64,000 nucleotides of DNA from Eledone cirrhosa (taxonomy: Eukaryota). The notes beneath the pieces were generated by a model that did no database searches, had not been told where the DNA came from, and worked only from the letters and a program-made list of their open reading frames with translations. The stretch is from assembly GCA_964016885.1 (NCBI GenBank), contig OZ024742.1:331328001-331392000 (forward strand), read 5' to 3'. Positions 54,128-64,000 of this stretch are shown here, piece by piece (positions within the stretch are counted from its first letter, which is position 1; each line of letters begins with the position of its first letter). The position numbers and the translations under genes are program-made.

Positions 54128-54546
54128 GGTGGCCCTTAGCAACAGGTAATTTTCCGAAAGTTAAAATGTTTGCTTCCACCCCCTAATCATGTTCCATTCA
54201 ACAAAATATACGTGGAATGCAAAATTGCAGGTCTATCGGAGAACTGTTAGGCGACCCTCAACCGTCTTGAATTTGGACTTCGTAAATGCAACGATTAATT
54301 CTGTTCAAAAGCGATATATTGTTCCTGATCTCGATCATTTTCTTTTTTCCTTCTTAGAGAAATTTATCTGGACTCATCCAGGCAACCTCAGAAAATTATT
54401 CAAAACATTCTGAATCAAATCTACCAATAGTTAATATGAAATATTCCGGAAATATCATGAAAAACTTATGGAATATTAGCTTTACTTATTAAAGCACACA
54501 ACTTCTATGAGAGAAACGGATCTAAAATAGAATCAAAAACATAATG

Positions 54547-57500
54547 TGAACACTGAACACTGAATATTGAAGGTTATTTTTGCAGAAGAGAGGATTTAGT
54601 GGCAGTTGGGGTGAAGATTGAACACTGAATATTGAAGGTTATTTTTGGCAGAAGAGAGGATTTAGTGGTAGTTGGGGTGAACACTGAACACTGAATATTG
54701 AATATTGAAGGTTATTTTTGCAGAAGAGAGGATTTAGTGGCAGTTGGGGTGAACACTGAACATTGAATATTGAAGGTTATTTTTGGCAGACGAGAGGATT
54801 TAGTGGCAATTGGGGTGAACACTGAACCATGAACACTGAATATTGAAGGTTATTTTTGCAGAAGAGAGGATTTAGTGGCAGTTAGGGTGAACACTGAACA
54901 ATGAACACTGAATATTGAAGGTTATTTTTGGCAGAAGAGAGGATTTAGTGGCAGTTGGGGTGAACACTGAACACTGAATATTGAATATTGAAGGTTATTT
55001 TTGGCAGAAGAGAGGATTTAGTGGCAGTTGGGGTGAACACTGAACACTTGACACTGAATATTGAAGGTTATTTTTGGCAGAAGAGAAGATTTAGTGGCAG
55101 TTTGGGTGAACACTGAATACTGAACACTGAATATTGAAGGTTATTTTTGCAGAAGAGAGGATTTAGTGGCAGTTGGGGTGAAAACTGAACACTGAATATT
55201 TAAGGTTATTTTTGGCAGAAGAGAGGATTTAGTGGCAGTTGGGGTGAAAACTGAACACTGAATATTGAAGGATATTTTGGCAGAAGAGAGGATTTAGTGG
55301 CAGTTGGGATGAACACTGAACATTGAATATTGAATATTGAAGGTTATTTTTGGCAGAAGAGAGGATTTAGTGGCAGTTGGGGTGAACACTGAACACTGAA
55401 TATTGAATATTGAAGGTTATTGTTGCAGAAGAGAGGATTTGGTGGCAGTTGGGGTGAACACTGAACACTGAATATTGAAGGTTATTTTTGGCAGAAGAGA
55501 GGATTTAGTGGCATTTGGGGTGAACACTGAACACTGAACACGGAATATTGAAGGTTATTTTTGGCAGAAGAGAGGATTTAGTGGCAGTTGGGGTGAACAC
55601 TGAACACTGAATATTAAAGGTTATTTTTCCAGAAGAGAGGATTTAGTGGCCCTTGCGGTGAACACTGAACACTGAATATTGAATATTGAAGGTTATTTTT
55701 GCAGAAGAGAGGATTTAGTGGCAGTTGGGGTGAACACTGAACACTGAATATTGAAGGTTATTTTTGGCAGAAGAGAGGATTTAGTGGCATTTGGGGTGAA
55801 CACTAAACACTGATCACTAAACACTGAATATTGAGGGTTAATTTTGGCAGAAGAGAGGATTTAGTGGCAGTTGGGGTGAACACTGAACACTGAACACTGA
55901 ATATTGAAGGTTACTTTTGTCAGAAGAGAGGATTTAGTGGCAGTTGGGGTGAACACTGAACACTGAATATTGAAGGTTATTTTTGGCAGAAGAGAGGAAT
56001 TAGTGGCAGTTTGGGTGAACACTGAATATTGAAGGTTATTTTTGGCAGAAGAGAGGATTTAGTGGCAGTTGGGGTGAACACTGAACACTGAATATTGAAT
56101 ATTGAAGGTTATTTTTGCAGAAGAGAGGATTTAGTGGCAGTTGGGGTGAACACAGAACACTGAATATTGAAGGTTATTTTTGGCAGAAGAGAGGATTTAG
56201 TGGCATTTGGGGTGAACACTGAACACTGAACACTGAATATTGAAGGTTATTTTTGGCAGAAGAGAGGATTTAGTGGCAGTTGGGGTGAACACTGAACAGT
56301 GAAAATTGAAGGTTATTTTTCCAGAAGAGAGGATTTAGTGACCGTTGCGGTGAACACTGAACACTGAATATTGAATATTGAAGGTTATTTTTGCAGAAGA
56401 GAGGATTTAGTGGCAATTGGGGTGAACACTGAACACTGAACACTGAATATTGAAGGTTATTTTTGCAGAAGAGAGGATTTAGTGGCAGTTGGAGTGAACA
56501 CTGAACACTGAATATTGAATATTGAAGGTTATTTTTGCAGAAGAGAGGATTTAGTGGCAGTTGGGGTGAACACTGAACACTGAATATTGAATATTGAAGG
56601 TTATTTTTGCAGAAGAGAGGATTTAGTGGCAGTTGGGGTGAACACTGAACACTGAATATTGAATATTGAAGGTTATCTTTGCAGAAGAGAGGATTTAGTG
56701 GCAGTTGGGGTTAACACTGAACACTGAATATTGAATATTGAAGGTTATTTTTGCAGAAGAGAGGATTTAGTGGCAGTTGGGATGAACACTGAACACTGAA
56801 TATTGAATATTGAAGGTTATTTTTGCAGAAGAGAGGATTTAGTGGCAGTTAGGGTGAACACTGAACACTGAATATTGAATATTGAAGGTTATTTTTGCAG
56901 AAGAGAGGATTTAGTGGCAGTTGGGGTGAACACTGAACATTGAATATTGAAGGTTATTTTTGGCAGACGAGAGGATTTAGTGGCAATTGGGGTGAACACT
57001 GAACACTTGACACTGAATATTGAAGGTTATTTTTGGCAGAAGAGAAGATTTAGTGGCAGTTTGGGTGAACACTGAATACTGAACAATGAATATTGAAGGT
57101 TATTTTTGCAGAAGATAGGATTTAGTGGCAGTTGGGGTGAAAACTGAACACTGAATATTTAAGGTTATTTTTGGCAGAAGAGAGGATTTAGTGGCAGTTG
57201 GGGTGAAAACTGAACACTGAATATTGAAGGATATTTTGGCAGAAGAGAGGATTTAGTGGCAGTTGGGATGAACACTGAACATTGAATATTGAATATTGAA
57301 GGTTATTTTTGGCAGAAGAGAGGATTTAGTGGCAGTTGGGGTGAACACTGAACACTGAATATTGAATATTGAAGGTTATTGTTGCAGAAGAGAGGATTTA
57401 GTGGCAGTTGGGGTGAACATTGAACACTGAATATTGAAGGTTATTTTTGGCAGAAGAGAGGATTTAATGGCATTTGGGGTGAACACTGAACACTGAACAC

Positions 57501-60500
57501 TGAATATTGAATGTTATTTTTGGCAGAAGAGAGGATTTAGTGGCAGTTGGGGTGAACACTGAACACTGAATATTAAAGGTTATTTTTCCAGAAGAGAGGA
57601 TTTAGTGGCCGTTGCGGTGAACACTGAACACTGAATATTGAATATTGAAGGTTATTTTTGCAGAAGAGAGGATTTAGTGGCAGTTGGGGTGAACACTGAA
57701 CACTGAATATTGAAGGTTATTTTTGGCAGAAGAGAGGATTTAGTGGCATTTGGGGTGAACACTAAACACTGATCACTGAACACTGAATATTGAAGGTTAT
57801 TTTTGGCAGAAGAGAGGATTTAGTGGCAGTTGGGGTGAACACTGAACACTGAACACTGAATATTGAAGGTTATTTTTGTCAGAAGAGAGGATTTAGTGGC
57901 AGTTGGGGTGAACACTGAACACTGAATATTGAAGGTTATTTTTGGCAGAAGAGAGGATTTAGTGGCAGTTTGGGTGAACACTGAATATTGAAGGTTATTT
58001 TTGGCAGAAGAGAGGATTAAGTGGCAGTTGGGGTGAACACTGAACACTGAATATTGAAGGTTATTTTTGGCAGAAGAGAGGATTTAGTGGCAGTTGGGGT
58101 GAACACTGAAGACTGAATATTGAATATTGAAGGTTATTTTTGCAGAAGAGAGGATTTAGTGGCAGTTGGGGTGAACACTGAACACTGAATATTGAAGGTT
58201 ATTTTTGGCAGAAGAGAGGATTTAGTGGCATTTGGGGTGAACACTGAACACTGAACACTGAATATTGAAGGTTATTTTTGGCAGAAGAGAGGATTTAGTG
58301 GCAGTTGGGGTGAACACTGAACAGTGAAAATTGAAGGTTATTTTTCCAGAAGAGAGGATTTAGTGGCCGTTGCGGTGAACACTGAACACTGAATATTGAA
58401 TATTGAAGGTTATTTTTGCAGAAGAGAGGATTTAGTGGCAATTGGGGTGAACACTGATCACTGAACACTGAATATTGAAGGTTATTTTTGCAGAAGAGAG
58501 GATTTAGTGGCAGTTGGAGTGAACACTGAACACTGAATATTGAATATTGAAGGTTATTTTTGCAGAAGAGAGGATTTAGTGGCAGTTGGGGTGAACACTG
58601 AACACTGAATATTGAATATTGAAGGTTATTTTTGCAGAAGAGAGGATTTAGTGGCAGTTGGAGTGAACACTGAACACTGAATATTGAATATTGAAGGTTA
58701 TTTTTGCAGAGGAGAGGATTTAGTGGCAGTTGGGGTTAACACTGAACACTGAATATTGAATATTGAAGGTTATTTTTGCAGAAGAGAGGATTTAGTGGCA
58801 GTTGGGATGAACACTGAACACTTAATATTGAATATTGAAGGTTATTTTTGCAGAAGAGAGGATTTAGTGGCAGTTGGGGTGAACACTGAACACTGAATAT
58901 TGAATATTGAAGGTTATTTTTGCAGAAGAGAGGATTTAGTGGCAGTTAAGGTGAACACTGAACATTGAATTTTGAATATTGAAGGTTATTTTTGGCAGAA
59001 GAGAGGATTTAGTGGCAGTTGGGGTGAACACTGAACACTGAATATTGAATATTGAAGGTTATTTTTGCAGAAGAGAGGATTTAGTGGCAGTTGGGGTGAA
59101 CACTGAACATTGAATATTGAAGGTTATTTTTGGCAGACGAGAGGATTTAGTGGCAATTGGGGTGAACACTGAACCCTGAACACTGAATATTGAAGGTTAT
59201 TTTTGGCAGAAGAGAGGATTTAGTGGCAGTTGGGGTGAACACTGAACACTGAACACTGAATATTGAAGGTTATTTTTGCAGAAGAGAGGATTTAGTGGCA
59301 GTTAGGGTGAACACTGAACAATGAACACTGAATATTGAAGGTTATTTTTGGCAGAAGAGAGGATTTAGTGGCAGTTGGGGTGAACACTGAACACTGAATA
59401 TTGAATATTGAAGGTTATTTTTGCAGAAGAGAGGATTTATTGGCAGTTGGGGTGAACACTGAACACTGAATATTGAAGGTTATTTTTGGCAGAAGAGAGG
59501 ATTTAGTGGCAGTTGGGGTGAACACTGAACACTTGACACTGAATATTGAAGGTTATTTTTGGCAGAAGAGAAGATTTAGTGGCAGTTTGGGTGAACACTG
59601 AATACTGAACACTGAATATTGAAGGTGATTTTTGCAGAAGAGAGGATTTAGTGGCAGTTGGGGTGAAAACTGAACACTGAATATTGAAGGATATTTTGGC
59701 AGAAGAGAGGATTTAGTGGCAGTTGGGATGAACACTGAACACTGAACACTGAATATTGAAGGTTATTTTTGGCAGAAGAGAGGATTTAGTGGCATTTGGG
59801 GTGAACACTGAACACTGAACACTGAATATTGAAGGTTATTTTTGGCAGAAGAGAGGATTTATTGGCAGTTGGGGTGAACACTGAACACTGAATATTAAAG
59901 GTTATTTTTCCAGAAGAGAGGATTTAGTGGCCGTTGCGGTGAACACTGAACACTGAATATTGAATATTGAAGGTTATTTTTGCAGAAGAGAGGATTTAGT
60001 GACAGTTGGGGTGAACACTGAACACTGAATATTGAAGGTTATTTTTGGCAGAAGAGAGGATTTAGTGGCATTTGGGGTGAACACTAAACACTGATCACTG
60101 AACACTGAATATTGAAGGTTATTTTTGGCAGAAGAGAGGATTTAGTGGCAGTTGGGGTGAACACTGAACACTGAACACTGAATATTGAAGGTTATTTTTG
60201 TCAGAAGAGAGGATTTAGTGGCAGTTGGGGTGAACACTGAACACTGAATATTGAATATTGAAGGTTATTTTTGCAGAAGAGAGGATTTAGTGGCAGTTGG
60301 GGTGAACACTGAACTCTGAATATTGAAGGTTATTTTTGGCAGAAGAGAGGATTTAGTGGCACTTGGGGTGAACACTGAACACTGAACACTGAATATTGAA
60401 GGTTATTTTTGGCAGAAGAGAGGATTTAGTGGCAGTTGGGGTGAACACTGAACAGTGAACACTGAATATTGAAGGTTATTTTTGCAGAAGAGAGGATTTA

Positions 60501-63500
60501 GTGGCAGTTGGAGTGAACACTGAACACTGAATATTGAATATTGAAGGTTATTTTTGCAGAAGAGAGGATTTAGTGGCAGTTGGGGTGAACACTGAACACT
60601 GAATATTGAATATTGAAGGTTATTTTTGCAGAAGAGAGGATTTAGTGGCAGTTGGAGTGAACACTGAACACTGAATATTGAATATTGAAGGTTATTTTTG
60701 CAGAGGAGAGGATTTAGTGGCAGTTGGGGTTAACACTGAACACTGAATATTGAATATTGAAGGTTATTTTTGCAGAAGAGAGGATTTAGTGGCAGTTGGG
60801 ATGAACACTGAACACTTAATATTGAATATTGAAGGTTATTTTTGCAGAAGAGAGGATTTAGTGGCAGTTGGGGTGAACACTGAACACTGAATATTGAATA
60901 TTGAAGGTTATTTTTGCAGAAGAGAGGATTTAGTGGCAGTTAAGGTGAACACTGAACATTGAATTTTGAATATTGAAGGTTATTTTTGGCAGAAGAGAGG
61001 ATTTAGTGGCAGTTGGGGTGAACACTGAACACTGAATATTGAATATTGAAGGTTATTTTTGCAGAAGAGAGGATTTAGTGGCAGTTGGGGTGAACACTGA
61101 ACATTGAATATTGAAGGTTATTTTTGGCAGACGAGAGGATTTAGTGGCAATTGGGGTGAACACTGAACCCTGAACACTGAATATTGAAGGTTATTTTTGG
61201 CAGAAGAGAGGATTTAGTGGCAGTTGGGGTGAACACTGAAAACTGAACACTGAATATTGAAGGTTATTTTTGCAGAAGAGAGGATTTAGTGGCAGTTAGG
61301 GTGAACACTGAACAATGAACACTGAATATTGAAGGTTATTTTTGGCAGAAGAGAGGATTTAGTGGCAGTTGGGGTGAACACTGAACACTGAATATTGAAT
61401 ATTGAAGGTTATTTTTGCAGAAGAGAGGATTTATTGGCAGTTGGGGTGAACACTGAACACTGAATATTGAAGGTTATTTTTGGCAGAAGAGAGGATTTAG
61501 TGGCAGTTGGGGTGAACACTGAACACTTGACACTGAATATTGAAGGTTATTTTTGGCAGAAGAGAAGATTTAGTGGCAGTTTGGGTGAACACTGAATACT
61601 GAACACTGAATATTGAAGGTGATTTTTGCAGAAGAGAGGATTTAGTGGCAGTTGGGGTGAAAACTGAACACTGAATATTGAAGGATATTTTGGCAGAAGA
61701 GAGGATTTAGTGGCAGTTGGGATGAACACTGAACACTGAACACTGAATATTGAAGGTTATTTTTGGCAGAAGAGAGGATTTAGTGGCATTTGGGGTGAAC
61801 ACTGAACACTGAACACTGAATATTGAAGGTTATTTTTGGCAGAAGAGAGGATTTAGTGGCAGTTGGGGTGAACACTGAACACTGAATATTAAAGGTTATT
61901 TTTCCAGAAGAGAGGATTTAGTGGCCGTTGCGGTGAACACTGAACACTGAATATTGAATATTGAAGGTTATTTTTGCAGAAGAGAGGATTTAGTGGCAGT
62001 TGGGGTGAACACTGAACACTGAATATTGAAGGTTATTTTTGGCAAAAGAGAGGATTTAGTGGCATTTGGGGTGAACACTAAACACTGATCACTGAACACT
62101 GAATATTGAAGGTTATTTTTGGCAGAAGAGAGGATTTAGTGGCAGTTGGGGTGAACACTGAACACTGAACACTGAATATTGAAGGTTATTTTTGTCAGAA
62201 GAGAGGATTTAGTGGCAGTTGGGGTGAACACTGAACACTGAATATTGAAGGTTATTTTTGGCAGAAGAGAGGATTTAGTGGCAGTTTGGGTGAACACTGA
62301 ATATTGAAGGTTATTTTTGGCAGAAGAGAGGATTTAGTGGCAGTTGGGGTGAACACTGAACACTGAATATTGAAGGTTATTTTTGGCAGAAGAGAGGATT
62401 TAGTGGCAGTTGGGGTGAACACTGAAGACTGAATATTGAATATTGAAGGTTATTTTTGCAGAAGAGAGGATTTAGTGGCAGTTGGGGTGAACACTGAACA
62501 CTGAATATTGAAGGTTATTTTTGGCAGAAGAGAGGATTTAGTGGCATTTGGGGTGAACACTGAACACTGAACACTGAATATTGAAGGTTATTTTTGGCAG
62601 AAGAGAGGATTTAGTGGCAGTTGGGGTGAACACTGAACAGTGAAAATTGAAGGTTATTTTTCCAGAAGAGAGGATTTAGTGGCCGTTGCGGTGAACACTG
62701 AACACTGAATATTGAATATTGAAGGTTATTTTTGCAGAAGAGAGGATTTAGTGGCTATTGGGGTGAACACTGATCACTGAACACTGAATATTGAAGGTTA
62801 TTTTTGCAGAAGAGAGGATTTAGTGGCAGTTGGAGTGAACACTGAACACTGAATATTGAATATTGAAGGTTATTTTTGCAGAAGAGAGGATTTAGTGGCA
62901 GTTGGGGTGAACACTGAACACTGAATATTGAATATTGAAGGTTATTTTTGCAGAAGAGAGGATTTAGTGGCAGTTGGAGTGAACACTGAACACTGAATAT
63001 TGAATATTGAAGGTTATTTTTGCAGAGGAGAGGATTTAGTGGCAGTTGGGGTTAACACTGAACACTGAATATTGAATATTGAAGGTTATTTTTGCAGAAG
63101 AGAGGATTTAGTGGCAGTTGGGATGAACACTGAACACTTAATATTGAATATTGAAGGTTATTTTTGCAGAAGAGAGGATTTAGTGGCAGTTGGGGCGAAC
63201 ACTGAACACTGAATATTGAATATTGAAGGTTATTCTTGCAGAAGAGAGGATTTAGTGGCAGTTAAGGTGAACACTGAACATTGAATTTTGAATATTGAAG
63301 GTTATTTTTGGCAGAAGAGAGGATTTAGTGGCAGTTGGGGTGAACACTGAACACTGAATATTGAATATTGAAGGTTATTTTTGCAGAAGAGAGGATTTAG
63401 TGGCAGTTGGGGTGAACACTGAACAATGAATATTGAAGGTTATTTTTGGCAGACGAGAGGATTTAGTGGCAATTGGGGTGAACACTGAACCCTGAACACT

Positions 63501-64000
63501 GAATATTGAAGGTTATTTTTGGCAGAAGAGAGGATTTAGTGGCAGTTGGGGTGAACACTGAACACTGAACACTGAATATTGAAGGTTATTTTTGCAGAAG
63601 AGAGGATTTAGTGGCAGTTAGGGTGAACACTGAACAATGAACACTGAATATTGAAGGTTATTTTTGGCAGAAGAGAGGATTTAGTGGCAGTTGGGGTGAA
63701 CACTGAACACTGAATATTGAATATTGAAGGTTACTTTTGCAGAAGAGAGGATTTATTGGCAGTTGGGGTGAACACTGAACACTGAATATTGAAGGTTATT
63801 TTTGGCAGAAGAGAGGATTTAGTGGCAGTTGGGGTGAACACTGAACACTTGACACTGAATATTGAAGGTTATTTTTGGCAGAAGAGAAGATTTAGTGGCA
63901 GTTTGGGTGAACACTGAATACTGAACACTGAATATTGAAGGTGATTTTTGCAGAAGAGAGGATTTAGTGGCAGTTGGGGTGAAAACTGAACACTGAATAT
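54547..64000. repeat. Satellite array, ~58-73-bp units, running off the window end
   Basis: Constant 44-45-bp core GAAGGTTATTTTT(G)GCAGAAGAGAGGATTTAGTGGCAGTTGGGGT plus 2-4 heptamers GAACACT/GAATATT. Confidence 0.98.

Noticed and set aside
54547-64000. CRISPR-like repeat-spacer appearance
   Set aside because: The 'spacers' are just heptamer repeats rather than unique sequences; no cas genes; eukaryotic context

Overview
AT-rich animal genomic DNA made almost entirely of repeats. The SINE types and extreme (TA)n density suggest an octopus/cephalopod, which is my inference. I found no convincing host protein-coding gene. Recognisable elements are a mariner relic, a non-autonomous Helitron, a 5'-truncated Penelope-like retroelement (PLE; RT + GIY-YIG), a decayed CR1-group LINE, a full-length L1/Tx1-type LINE with an intact ORF2 and a 16-bp target-site duplication, many tRNA-derived SINEs, and a >9.4-kb satellite with higher-order structure. 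The main hidden signal is a dense set of type I hammerhead ribozymes (HHRs): about 19 copies in about 8 repeat families, plus several degenerate candidates. They sit in tandem or inverted repeats embedded in (TA)n tracts, including a near-identical 310-bp tandem array with one HHR per unit (retrozyme-like). Several unrelated families share a non-canonical U.U apposition at the base of stem II. All ribozyme calls are by-eye folds and none has been tested.
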